Shown: positions 1 to 11,715, counted from the first letter of the stretch. The stretch is 64,000 bases of DNA from Selaginella moellendorffii (GCF_000143415.4 NW_003314336.1:485296-549295); one strand, 5' to 3'. Translations and numbers: made by a program. Notes: generated by a model not told the origin, from the sequence alone.

Positions 1-15
1 CATCACGAAACTTGC

Positions 16-963
16 TCAGCCTGGTCGAGAAACTAATCTAAAACTCTCTGTATACTACCAGCCAAACCTGTGATTGACCAAGTTTCACCTACTTACAGCT
101 GAACCCATGGCATATTGCAAGCCATATGACTACGATGACGAAAAGGACAATCGCAAGAACTATGAGCTTCATTTTCATATTCTGCAGCCACATCTTGCGC
201 CTTAGCTGCCTGCCTTGCCGTTGGAAGTTGTCGGCCTGCAGTTTGCCATCGAAGGTAGCGTTACACTGATTTTCGTTCTTACGTTACAAAGCACTGTACC
301 TGAAACCGTAGGTTTTCCGTCTTATCAACCAGAAGCTCGATTTTCTCCCCCCTCTCGAGCACCTGGAAAACCAAAGTTGAAGAACCGAATTTCTTTTAGA
401 AACTCTATAGTGCACCTTTTCAATGTTATCCATCATGATCCCTTTCACTTCGGAAACCTGCTGTTTGATTCTGGCAATCTTGTTCATTTCTTCTGGATGA
501 TCTGCGCAGTATTCCATGTGTTCTTTGAGCTTGGGCCTAAAACACAAGGTACAGATTGAGCAAGCCATGTAAGAGTTCATGTTACCCAAATTCTCTGTCC
601 AAACTGTGAGCAACGGCAGTCTCCGCTCTTCCTCCAACATATCTTCGCCTAAAGTCTTCCTTAACCCGTTCAAGAAACGCGAAAGGTACTTGTCTCCCAT
701 AGTCCTCGTCTGCTACAACCATATAAGCTGCAAAGGAAAAACCCATGAGCTAAAGAAGAATGGAGAAAATGCTACTTACTGAATCCCTCCTCAATCAAGT
801 AATTGAAAGTATGACGATCGCAAGTATAGGTGAATCTGTTGTTGTTGGCGGGGAGCTTCTGGAGGCACTGGACAGCGATGGTGCTAAAATTTCCAGAGAA
901 TGCCGTGAACTCCGCCAGAACCACATTGCCTCTCGACACAAAACTGTAGATCAGCCCCGCCAT
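16..963 (-). CDS. VAMP72: VAMP72-family longin R-SNARE (VAMP721/722-like); exons 963-780, 727-586, 536-416, 362-300, 235-97, 20-16 (or stop at 89-91 if the last intron is retained)
   Basis: Longin N-terminus [20 protein letters not shown], synaptobrevin motif [36 protein letters not shown] plus C-terminal TM; all introns GT-AG and in frame. Confidence 0.95.
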
Positions 964-1254
964 GGCGAGAATCCCTGCTTATTCCGACCCGCGATACTCA
1001 CAATTCACAACGCCGAATGTCGAGAACCCTGCTCGCCAGATCTCGCGCCGGCAGCCTAGGGTTTTATAGCCGCCTATACCTGGCGATCGAATGATCTAGC
1101 ATTCCAACGCGTCGATCGATGAGGCGCTCGCCCGCCGCCGCTGCTTCGTCTCCCCTCCCCAGGAGATGAAAATGCTCGAAATATAGGGCAGTTGTAAGGC
1201 ACAATTTAAACTTCGAGAATTTGGCGCCGAGAAATCTCGGCCGTCCACGTGGTA

Positions 1255-1305
1255 ATAGCTTGCTAAACCTGATGTTTAGAGATAAACCCTGGTTTAGGGT
1301 TCTAG
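1255..1305. promoter_or_regulatory. Divergent promoter region with telo-box-like motifs (AAACCCT / TTAGGGTT); G-box-like CCACGTGG just upstream
   Basis: Lies between the VAMP72 ATG (963, minus) and the micro-ORF ATG (1322, plus); telo-boxes are typical of plant housekeeping promoters. Confidence 0.45.
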
Positions 1306-1321
1306 GCGAGGGAGAGGAGCA

Positions 1322-1509
1322 ATGGTGAACAAGACGCAGCTCATGCTTGGCACCGCCGGCTGCGTCATCGCGATTGCTGGATTGGCGCTCACAAGAGTAA
1401 GAAATTTCTAGTCGATTTTAGCTGGTTCTAGTCGGGATTTTGCTGATCGCAGACGCCGCCTCCGCCGCCTCCTCCAAAGCCGACGCCAAATGCTGCTACT
1501 CCGGCGTGA
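1322..1509 (+). CDS. Putative 43-aa micro-protein MVNKTQLMLGTAGCVIAIAGLALTR|TPPPPPPPKPTPNAATPA (exons 1322-1396, 1453-1509)
   Basis: ATG after telo-boxes; phase-0 56-nt GTAAG...CTGAT...CAG intron; hydrophobic N-terminus followed by a polyproline tail; further donor AG|GTACG just after the stop. Confidence 0.65.
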
Positions 1510-1604
1510 TATTTCGATCAGGTACGCTCGATTCTTCGCATCAATCTTCTCGCGCTTGTGTTGCTTGAATTTTTATATTCGTTTGAGGCTCCTTTTGTGC
1601 CTAG

Positions 1605-2030
1605 GCTTGGATTATTTTGCAAGTTAGCAAGAGATTCTTCTTTTTTCCCCTCTTTTCATAGCTTAGTGGTGTTTGAGTTTTGTTTGTGATGGAGCGATTA
1701 GTTTTTGCCTTGTAAGTGTTTTCTTCTTTTTCTTTTTCCTGGGCTTGTACTCTCAGGTGTGTATTTTATGGATTCGTGTAGGTTGTGCTGTTTTTTATGT
1801 GTCTTGCTTCAGGTAGATGCTTGATTTGCAAGTTAGCGAGAGATCCTTTTTTCCCCTCTTTTCTTAGCTCGTTTGATTTTTGTTCGTGATGGATCGTGAT
1901 GGAGTTACTAGTTCTTGCCTTGCCTGCACAGATATGCCTCTCGTTTGGTAAGTTTTTTTTTTTTATATATTTCTGGGTTTGTACACTCAGGTGTGTATGG
2001 TATTCATGGATTCGTGTGGTTTGTTCCGCT
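1605..2030 (+). repeat. Diverged tandem duplication (~210-bp unit) in a T-rich intron/3'UTR region
   Basis: ttgcaagttagc.agagat...ttttcccctctttt...gtgatgga...ctcaggtgtgtat...atggattcgtgt occurs twice (~1617 and ~1826). Confidence 0.75.
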
Positions 2031-3896
2031 CGTAGTTGGATAGGTAGCGTCAGATCTTACTCTCAGGCCGCTCATGAGCTCGTTGGCTTTAAGAAAACCG
2101 ACTTGAAGCTTCTGAGGTTGTTGAAATGCATGGATTCCATGGCAGGCGTGAGTGAAAGCTGAGTGCTGCATTGCGTGTGCCCGTCCGTGTCCTAGAAACT
2201 TTGCTTGGCTTTGCTTCTTTGTGATCGATCGATCAGGTCCGGAGCTAGCTAGGCCGGGATGATGGTTTAGTGGTTTCAGTGGATTTGTTTGGAAGCCTCT
2301 CTGCGTCCTCTTCGTTACGATATCTCCCATTTATTTTTGTTATAGTCGTCTTTCCTCGTGACTTTAGAGAGACGTAGCCATCGCAGCTCTCGCTATCTCT
2401 TCTCTTTCAGTCTTTCTCGTTTCATACTGGGGTAGCGTTACCGTCGGGGTGTTGAGATGTATGGCCTCATGCTTGTTTGCTTTGACCCCTCAAACGAAAG
2501 TTTTGATAGTAACGTTGGTGCGAATTTTTAATCGCAGGAAATAAGAAAGAAACCATGAATCATCACCGTGAGCTGTGAGAGCTATAAACAAGTGAAGAAA
2601 TGTTTGCTGGTCTTTGGATCAAACACCAAACCAGCAGGCAACGAATTTGACAATCATACTCGTATGGTTCCTTCACTCTTCCACCAGATTTTTCCCTCGA
2701 AGACCGCTTTTCCTTTTTTTTTTTTTTTTTGCAGCGATTCGTTAAATGAATCGGAGAGATTCTTTTCGAATATTTTCTTCTTTTTCTAAAGAAAAAGAAA
2801 AAGAGGAAATTTGGTACTGCTGCTAGGAGACAAAGGCTCTCCAGATGATTGGGGATTAAAATTTGTGTGGTGCCGACACGGGGTAAATGTAAACATTGCG
2901 AAGAACACGAGTTTAATCCGTGAAAAGGAGTTCTCCAGACTGGGAGTTAACAGAGGAGCGAGGAAAATTTGGCATTGTGGGGGTAAACACTGGACAGCCC
3001 AGCGACGAAATTTTGTAAGGAGTAGCAGCGAAAGCGATTGCTGCTACAGCGCTGTTCTTCCTCCTTTTCACTCTCTTTTTCTCGCTAATCCACCAACCGG
3101 GAGGAATCGATCGATCGATAGCGTAAAATTTGGCTGGTGTCTCGTCTCATTCAATGCAAAGACTGCCAAATTGCGAGAAAGAATGCGAGCGAGCGCAAAG
3201 CCCCTTTCGTGTTTCTCCCTTTCTCTCTCGCGCCGTGGCAAGCAGCATTCATAGATGGATTGATCGATGGGCGATCTATCCATCCAGGGTGATTGATTTG
3301 CTAGACCAACCAGGGCCAGCGTTTGCTTCACTCCAAAGATCGTAGGGAATTGCAAGCTCGGGGAAGAAAGAGAGAAGAATAAAAAAGGGCTCTGCCGAGA
3401 ATCTGGCCGGGTGTCGCGAGAGAGCGCCAGGAAACCACAGAGCTGTAATGGGTCTGCGGGATTTCGCAGAGAGGCGAGCGCCCATCTCCCGGATTTTGGA
3501 GTGGAGGACAGCAATGGCACAACAGAGCTCCTTTGAGCTAGGAACAAAACAAAGCTATGAAGTGTTAGGGTTCTTCGTCACTGCTTCGATCGAGCTCCTC
3601 CAGCTAGATTTCCTAAGCTAGCGCGCAGCTAGAGGGGGATTCCTTGGCACTGGCACTGGCATTGTTGTAACAGGCGAAGGGATTCCATGATCGAGAGATT
3701 CTTTCACACGCGCCGGAGATTTTTTTCTTGCGCTCCGTGCCTGGGTTCTTGATCGTGGCGAGGCCACATTTCCATCGGCGGGGCCTTGCCAGGGAATTAG
3801 GGTCTTCGCGCTGCTAGATCTGGCGCTCCCGCGGACAATGTAGCTCCCGTTCGCCAAGATTCTCGACGACGAAAGAGGGCTTTGCTCAGTGCCAGG

Positions 3897-6800
3897 ATGA
3901 GCGGCAAGGCGGGGAAGAAGAAGCCCGAGAAATTTCGCGAGAGGATCGAATTCAAGTTCGTCTTCCACGCCACTCGGGTATGATTGAGTGATTGGATCAT
4001 CACTGGAGTGGAGATTTCTCTCGTCTTTGCTAGTTCTTGGGATTGGATTATTGGTGAGTGATTGGATGATTTCCTTCCTTCCAGGTACCGCATTCTGGAT
4101 GGGAGAAGCTCTACGTGTCGCTGGAATCCATCGAAACTGGCAAGACGACTGCCAAGACTGCCAAATCCGTGGCGCAGAGTGGGGCTTGCCGATGGCCCGA
4201 CGCCATCATCGAATCCACCAGGCTTGTTCACGAGACGCGCACGAATTCTTACGAGGCCAAGCTCTACAAGTTCGTCCTTGGAATGGTAAATTTCTTTCTC
4301 TTGCTCTCTTTTTCCTTCTTTTGTTGGCGTGCTTTGCTTCTTTTTTCTTCGTGAGTGTGAAGTTTCCGTGTTCGTCTTTATGGCGGCCTCTTTTCTTGCA
4401 TGAATGCGTTCTATCTTTGTTAGATCATGATTGTGTTCGTGGTGGTAATTCTTGTCGTGATTTCTATGATCGTTTTCTTGGTGATGGATCAAAGTTTCTA
4501 TGCTAGATCTGTATGATCTCTGCTTGTTCATTCTAATGCTTGCGGTGATCTTCTTTTTCCTTTTGTAGAGTCCTACACGGGTTCTAGGAGAGATCACGCT
4601 CAACTTAGCGGATTATGTCTCGGTCACTTCAGCAGCATCGTATGCTTTCCCACTCAAGAGCTGTTCCACAGGCACTGTTTTGCACGTAAGTTTCTTTCCG
4701 ATTCTAATTAAAGTTTCCGCTCACGTCGTACCATTTCTTTTATTTGTTCGATTCTCACCCCACTTCTCACAGATCAAGCTTCAATGCCTCACGTCGGCAG
4801 ACAGCCCGAGCACAAACAGGTACTACGCGCTCGCTAGCAAGATTTTTTCAATGAGAGATCACTGACTTTCTTTCACGTCAATGACAGTGGCGAAGTTGAG
4901 CAACCGAAGGAAGTTACAGCCGAACTAAACGACCAACTCTCGGAAGATGAGGATGATTCCAGTGTTAGCTCGTCAACGAATCTCCCTCCTCCCACGCCAA
5001 GTAGAGTGAGTAGAACTTCCACCCAGAAAAAAAGGTTGATATGAATTATTTTTTTCTCTCTCTTACAGGACAAGGTCCTTTCGAGGTATAACTCCGACTC
5101 TTCGGATGTCTCAACTCCGGTGGCAAATGGAAGCGGCAAGAACTTTTACAACTCCCCGGAAGTGCCGTCCCCGGCAAGCACGGCAAACACCGGCAGCTTT
5201 AACTCGAGGCTGGAGCGAACTGGAAGACTTAGAGCAAGCACTGAGTCGATCAAGTCGCTTGCTACTCCTTTAAAACCGGCGGCGAGGACGAGTTTGCCAT
5301 CCGCAACAGTAGCGCGGCTCTCTGGAGATAACAAAGCTCCTGGCAATGTCGATGAAGGGGTGTCAAAGTTGGAAGAAGAGCTAGAGAAGCTCAAGCAGCA
5401 ACTTCTCGATCAAGAAAGCCGTGCATCCGCGAGAGAGGAGGAATTCACTGTTCTCACGGGTGAAAGGGATGGTTTGAGAGAGGAGGTAAGCTCCCTGAAG
5501 CGCCAACTTGACGAAAGTATAGCTACAAGAGAAGAGAAGAGCTCGGCTCTCGACAGCTTACAAGAAGACATGCAGCGATTCAGAGTAGAAAAGCAGGGCC
5601 TGGACGAGCAGCAAGCCAGCTTGAAGCTCGAACTTGAAGACTGCAAGCATATCATCAAAGAGCTCCAGCAAGTTTTGGCGTACGAGAAGGAATCCAAGGA
5701 AAATCTCGACACACGGCTGGAGAAGATCCAGGAAGAGAAGGAGAAGCTCTCGTCGACGGTGAGAGAGCTGGAAGAGACGCTGGCAGACGAGAGGAAGAAG
5801 ATGGAAGACATGTCCGTGAAGAACATAGAGCTCCAAAACTCTTTGGTCGATCAGGAGCAGACGATGGGAGAGGTGGAGCGAGTTCTCTCACAGAAAGTTC
5901 AAGACAGAGAGGAAGAGCTGAACTCGTTGCAACAAAAGTTGGCGAGCCTGGAGGCGATTCAAGCAGCCAGCAATCTCATCGATCCAAACGAGCTCGCAGG
6001 CCTCAAGAAAGAAGTGGAGGAGCTCGAGTTGGATATCAAAGAGCTGACGGACGAGAACATGGACTTGATCTTCAAGCTCAACATCGCCAACAAGGAGCTC
6101 TCGCGATTTTCTGGAGAGTCGGACTACCTTGGGATGACGGACATGGAGGAGAGGCTCGAGAAGTTCCGGAGAGAACACCAGAACACGAATGACAAGCTCG
6201 CACAGCTCGAGTCGTTGTGCAAGGAGTTTAAGTCCGCCAAGGCCGACCTGGAAGCCCGGCTCAAGAGCTCGCTCGAGGAGATCCAAGCTCTCAAGTCGGA
6301 TCTCAAGGCGTCGAGAGCCATGCACGCCATGGATCGAGAGGCCTTCTCGGGCCGAGAGCTCCGGCTCAAGGAGCGAGCAGACGAGATGCACGAGAAGTAC
6401 TCCATGACTTTCGGGCTGGTGGCGGATCTCCAGACCGAGCTCGAGACTGTGAAGAAGGAAAACTCCGAGAACCGCAAGAGGAAGGACGAAGTCGAGGCGG
6501 CTCTAAACAGCCTCGAGGTGGCCAAGACCGATCTAGCTTACAGGCTCGCGGACTTGGAGAGCGAGAACTTGAAGTCGCGATCTCTAGCTCGAAAGTATGA
6601 GTCGGATCTGGGGGAGAAGACGCAGCTCTTGAGATCCAAAGCTGCGAAGGTCAGTGATATGGAGTCGAAGATCGTGATGCTGGAGGCGTCCAACAGCGAG
6701 CTTGAGAGCAGGATCCAGGAGCTCCAGAGCCGGGAGATACTGAGCACTTCGCGCATCGTCGATCTGGAGCTCCAGCTTTCGTCGACCAAGAGGGAGCTCG

Positions 6801-9406
6801 AGGCTGTGGAGCTCAAGAAGCAGGAGCTGGAGACGAGAGTTGACGGCCTGGAGCTTGAAAGGTTCGAGCTTGGAAGGATGCTCCACACCGGACAGGACGA
6901 CAACAAGTTCTTGAAGGAGAAGCTCGATGGGATACTGGGAGAGCTGGCGGAGTCGAATGCGCTGCTCGAGGTGGAGCTCTCAGCGAGGAGCACGTTGGAG
7001 AAGAGGGTGGCGGAGTTTGGAAGCGCAAAGGCGAGCCTGGAGAAGCACCTAAGCCACTTGGAGGACGAGAACTGGCAGCTGACGGAGAGGATTGCGGGGC
7101 TCGAGGCGCAGCTAAACTTCGTGACCGAGGAGAGAGAGACGTACCGGATGCAAAGCTTTGCGAGCGAGAACCGGGTGAAGGAGCTCGAGAAAGAGAGAAG
7201 CAAGCTACAGGAATCACAGGAGCAGACGAACAAGGAGTACGAGTTTAAGGTTCATGGCTTCGAGGTGGAGCTGGCTCAGGCGCTGGAAGAGAGGGACTCT
7301 CAAGTCCATGCACGTAAGGGGCTCGAGAATCAGCTTGAGGAGATGAGAGAACTGAAAGAGGCTCGTGAAGGAGAGGTCCGAGAGATGGAGGAGAAGCTGG
7401 CCACTGCGAGGAAGAGCTACGAGGAGTGTGTAGTGGCGAGAAAATCTGCTGAAGGCAAGGTGGTGGAAGTGGAAGCCGAGCTGGGGAGACTAAACGAGGA
7501 GCTTCGAAAGATGGCGAAGTCCAAGGCTGAGGCGGAAGAGAAGTCGAGGAGAATCGATGAGAGAGCACAGTTGGACAGGTCGGTTGCCGTGGAGCGGCTC
7601 CAAGCCGAGCTCCAGAGGTTGACGGATCAAATGGACGCTACATGCGACGAGAAGGAGCATCTGGCTTCGCAGGCCTTGATCGAGGCATCGGAGCTTCGTG
7701 CTGAGAAGCTTGAGTGGGAGGACGCCAGGACAGAGCTTGAGGAGAGGCTGGAAGTGGCGGAAGCACAGGCCGATTCCCTGAATAGAGAACACGAAGAAAC
7801 TGTTAGAGAGGTTCTAAGCACGTCGAGGAAACGAGAAATGGAAGTTACCTCCGAGCTCGAGAAATCGGCTGCAAGGATTGCTCAGCTCGAGGCTAGTGCT
7901 CGGACTCTAGCAGCGGAGAAAGCAGCTCTCGAAAGTCAAATCCAGAAGTTGGAGCGAGAAAACTCGGAGCTACGGGCCAAGTATATCGAAATCTCCGACC
8001 AGCTCGAGCAGCACAGGGAAGCAGTAGCAGGCCTCCAGAGCGCCAAGTCCGAGCTAGAGACCAGCCTCCACACTCTCAGCCAAGAGAAGATCAGCCTTCT
8101 GGACGAGAAATCCTCTCTCGACGCCAAAGTTTCGGAGCTATCTGAGACGGTGTCCGAGATGGAGCAGCTCAGGCAGTCGAAAGCGGCGGTGGACGACCGT
8201 GTCTCGAGGCTCCAGGCGGAGCAGTCGGCCAGCCGGGCTCTGGAAGTGGAGCAGAGATGTGAGTCCATCAAACTTCGGCGTCAAAACAGCGAGATGAAGC
8301 AAAAGATGACCGAGCAAGACGCCGAAAGAGAAGAGCTGAGAAGACGGGTCGAGTGCCTGGAAGCTGATGTGAAGAAGCGGAGAGGTGGCGGAGACGAAAA
8401 CGGTAAGATAGCACCTGGAAGTAATGGCGTCCTTGCAAGATCATTATCGAAGTGCAATGTTAAGGTTGGAACACGAGAAGGCCAGGAGCTTATCCTTCTT
8501 CGAGATAAGATCAAGTCCCTCGAGGTACCAATTTCTTTCCCTCTAAGTTTCCGATCTTTCGTCCAAGTTTCTCAGTTTCTAGTTGGTCCAGTTTTACTCA
8601 GTTTTCCAATGTCGTCCTCTATGTTCTCTTCTTTGGATGTCTGTCCTTTCGCGTCGTTCAAGCTCTATAACTGGATTGGAACAGGTGGAGCTGAAGCTAA
8701 AGGCTGCTGAATCCGAGAGCTTGAAACGAGAGGTTGCTGCAAGGCAAAAGGAAGTTAATTCCAACTCGATCAAGAAAACCGACGAACAGCAACAGCAACA
8801 ACAAAAAGATGAGGTTGAGGCAAAACAAAAAACTCTCCAGTTTCTAATGGAAGTTTCATGCAGGAGGCCAACTTTCCAAGCTCGCAGGAGCTACTACAAA
8901 AGGAGCTCCAGAGAATGCAGCAGGCAAGTGGACATCAATTCTCTGGGCGAGAAAAACTTACTTTGCTATCGATCATTCCAGGTGAACGCTCAGCTCCAAG
9001 AGAAGCTCACTAGATTCAAAGAGAGCTCCAAGTGGGGAAGCACACTGGAGAGAGTAGCAAGCCTCGAGACAGAGCTCGCAGAAGCTCTGGAATCCAACAC
9101 CATGTACAAAGAACAACTCCGCAGGTTAGAAGCTTTTCGAGAGTTGGTCGATTTTTACCCATTCATTGCAGCGCATTCGCGACACAGCAGAACGTCCATG
9201 CCGCGGCGCTCCAGAATCTGGGAGACGTCGATCATGTCGTGAGCAGCCTGCTGGGATACAAGCGCAAGAGTAGCGATCTGGAAACCGAGCTCGGCGAGAT
9301 GCGCGAGAGGTACCTGAGCATGAGCCTCCGATTCGCGCAGGTGGAGGCGGAGCGCGAGGAGCTTGTGATGACGATCCGGAGCCTGAGGAACGCTGCGAAG
9401 AAATAA
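3897..9406 (+). CDS. NT-C2 (EEIG1/EHBP1-type C2) domain, long coiled-coil 'myosin heavy chain-like' protein; multi-exon (3897-3977, 4085-4285, 4569-4686, 4773-4819, 4888-5005, 5070-8524, then short exons to 9406)
   Basis: N-terminal FKFVFHATR|VP..GWEKLYVSL..ETGKTTAKT..CRW..LYKFV..LGEITLNLADY; ~1150-aa heptad exon; conserved C-terminus SLETELAEALE.N.MYKEQL and ELGEMRERYLSMSLRFAQVEAEREELVMT. Confidence 0.88.
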
Positions 9407-9573
9407 ATCTCGCAGCGAAGAACCCTAAAAAAAAAAAGAAGAACCCTAAACACAGGGCGGGAAACGGAGATATTTAAGTTTTTGACGGTAAACGCGGAAT
9501 ATGCGGTCTGGGGGGTTGACCAAAATGATTGAGTCCCGCGACGGAACGGACACCCGTCGACGCCCGTCACGTC

Positions 9574-9920
9574 ATGACCGCCACGGTGGCTCGGCGCTGG
9601 CTCGGCTACTGGCTCGGCGGTTGGTGTGGCGCCGAAGCCAGTGCCGGACCTAGGCCCAATGACCACACAGGCGAGAGGAGCATCTCTCCTCATTCAAGCA
9701 AGGGTTCGTTTCGTTGGTTTCGTCGTCTTCGCTGGGAGCGCGCGCTAGGGTTAGCTGGATTTCTTGCGGAGCGATCTAGATCTAGGCATGAATCGCGCTT
9801 CTTGTCCGGTGGATTCGCCTAGATCTGCCGGCGATTGATGCGCGGCGCGCGGGCTATGGCGCGGAGGACAAGAAATTCTCGACGGCTGCGCGGGCATTGC
9901 TAGCTCCAGCGGCCGCGTAG
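9574..9920 (+). CDS. Putative spliced upstream ORF (75 aa) in the F-box/kelch 5' leader; exons 9574-9703, 9823-9920
   Basis: ATG 9574, donor G|GTTCGT 9704, acceptor CCTAG 9822; joined 228 nt is in frame to TAG: MTATVARRWLGYWLGGW...RPNDHTGERSISPHSSKDLPAIDARRAGYGAEDKKFSTAARALLAPAAA. Confidence 0.6.
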
Positions 9921-9979
9921 ATTGGGCATGGGAGGAGCTGGAATCTTTGCCGCGTCGTCGCCGTCGTCGTCGCTGCGGC

Positions 9980-11308
9980 ATGGATTACTGTGATGGGAGC
10001 GGCTGCAGCAAGGGGATGGAGATGGCCTACCGTGATCACGCAGGATCCGAGAATAGGGATCATCTCGCCAATGGTCTGCGCCTTTCCTTGCAGCATCCAC
10101 AGAACGGGCGGCCCAAGAATGGGAAGAAGAATGGATTCCACGACCGACCTAAGCGCGCCAGGTTGAATGGCTACCATCACACTAGCACCAGCAGCAGTGG
10201 ATTCGAGAATGGAGATCCTCTGGAAGACGAAGAACACGACGAGGAGCAAGAGCTTATTCCAGGTTTGACGGACGATCTAGCGCTGCTGTGCCTGGCGAGG
10301 CTGCCCAGATCAACGTACTGGCAGTACTTCACAGTTAGCCGCAAGTTCTACGACAAGCTCAAGCGTGGAGAGATTTACAAGGCCCGGCAGCAGCTGGGCA
10401 TCGTGGAGCAGTGGATGTACATTCTCAGCGATGGCCACCAGCGAGTGTGGCGAGCTTTCAATCCCCGGGAGAGGACATGGCGGCAGCTCCAGTCCATCCC
10501 GTCCGACTACGCATTCGAGGTGAGCGACAAGGAGACTCTCACGGCCGGAACACAGCTGCTGGTGCGAGGCATGGAGATCAAAGGCTACGTGGTGTGGATT
10601 TACGACCTGGTCCAGGACAAGTGGATCAAAGGCCCGGATATGATCCAGTCGAGGAGCTTATACGCGTCGGCGAGCTGTGGAAACTATGGTTTCGTGGCTG
10701 GCGGGACGAGCATGGTTGGAACCGACAACCTCAAGAGCGCCGAGAGATACAACTCGGTGGCCGGGACTTGGGAGCCACTCCCGGATCTTAACAGGTGCCG
10801 GAGGCTTTGCTCGGGTTTCTACATGGATGGGAAGTTCTACGTGATCGGTGGCAAGGATGGACAGGATCAGCTGACTTGCGGAGAGGAATACGATCCGGCT
10901 ACCGGGACGTGGAGATTGATCCCAAACATGTACTTTGGGACGAGCGAGCAGTCCCAGACGGCGCCGCCGCTGGTGGCGGTGGTGGACAACCAGCTCTACG
11001 CGCTGGACACGGCGCTCAACGAGCTCAAGGTGTATAACAAGATGAGAAACGACTGGAGAACGCTGGGAGAGGTTCCGGTGAGAGCGGACTTTAACTCCGG
11101 GTGGGGGATAGCGTTCAAGGCCATGGAGGGCGAGCTGTACGTGATTGGTGGTCAGGACGCTCCTGATCGGATCGAGATCTGGGCCTGGAGACCAGCTCGA
11201 GGTGGTGGTGCTCAAACATCACAGGAGGAACAGGAGGAGCGACCAGTGTGGCGATACGTGACCATGCTGGGGACTTTCATATACAACTGTGCGGTGATGG
11301 CTGCGTAG
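9980..11308 (+). CDS. F-box/kelch-repeat protein (SKIP11-like)
   Basis: F-box LIPGLTDDLALLCLARLPR, kelch repeats (SAERYNS, CSGFYMDGKFYVIGG, CGEEYDP, GWGIAFKA), terminal FIYNCAVM; intronless. Confidence 0.93.
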   Translation: MDYCDGSGCSKGMEMAYRDHAGSENRDHLANGLRLSLQHPQNGRPKNGKKNGFHDRPKRARLNGYHHTSTSSSGFENGDPLEDEEHDEEQELIPGLTDDLALLCLARLPRSTYWQYFTVSRKFYDKLKRGEIYKARQQLGIVEQWMYILSDGHQRVWRAFNPRERTWRQLQSIPSDYAFEVSDKETLTAGTQLLVRGMEIKGYVVWIYDLVQDKWIKGPDMIQSRSLYASASCGNYGFVAGGTSMVGTDNLKSAERYNSVAGTWEPLPDLNRCRRLCSGFYMDGKFYVIGGKDGQDQLTCGEEYDPATGTWRLIPNMYFGTSEQSQTAPPLVAVVDNQLYALDTALNELKVYNKMRNDWRTLGEVPVRADFNSGWGIAFKAMEGELYVIGGQDAPDRIEIWAWRPARGGGAQTSQEEQEERPVWRYVTMLGTFIYNCAVMAA

Positions 11309-11398
11309 AGAAGAGGAAGATTAAGCCAGCAGCTGGAGCAAACGCAAGGATTTGAATGGATCAATGAAGCAGCAACAAGCAAGCAAGCAAGCATCGAT

Positions 11399-11428
<30 letters not shown>
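11399..11428 (+). repeat. (CAG)10 microsatellite in the 3'UTR
   Basis: Direct reading. Confidence 0.9.
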
Positions 11429-11431
<3 letters not shown>

Positions 11432-11644
11432 AACTTGGAAGAAGAGAAGAAGAGATTTGGAGCATGAGAGGAGTAAAAGTCCGGTGGTGGTGGTGGGGAT
11501 TGTTTCAAGAGCTTTTAGCTATTCTCCTAGCTAGAACAGACAGGGCGTAGGGAAATCAAAGGCCTCCTCTTTGTTGTACTAGCTAGTCTCTCCTTCCTCT
11601 AGGCACAGTATTTATTTCATCCTCCCTTTGGAGCAATGATAAGG

Positions 11645-11715
11645 AGTCAGAGTGGATTCGAACCCGTGAACGCACCCCCGCTCTGCCTGGGAACGGGATT
11701 CGAACGCACGACCAG
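11645..11715 (-). other. tRNA-derived fragment with two Pol III B-box motifs (not a complete tRNA)
   Basis: Minus strand GGTTCGAATCC (11664-11654) and GGTCGTGCGTTCGAATCC (~11713-11696); no D-arm or anticodon arm found. Confidence 0.45.

Noticed and set aside
1260-1300. Telomerase RNA template or interstitial telomere
   Set aside because: Isolated AAACCCT motifs in promoter position fit telo-boxes; no tandem array or type-3 Pol III promoter is evident
2380-2412. miR156/529-like star sequence
   Set aside because: Only a CT-rich resemblance; no matching mature arm nearby
5146-8514. Ser/Leu-rich antisense ORFs over the coiled-coil gene (also over the PICC, importin, PPR and RLK genes)
   Set aside because: Shadow ORFs produced by GC3-rich, Glu/Lys-biased coding strands
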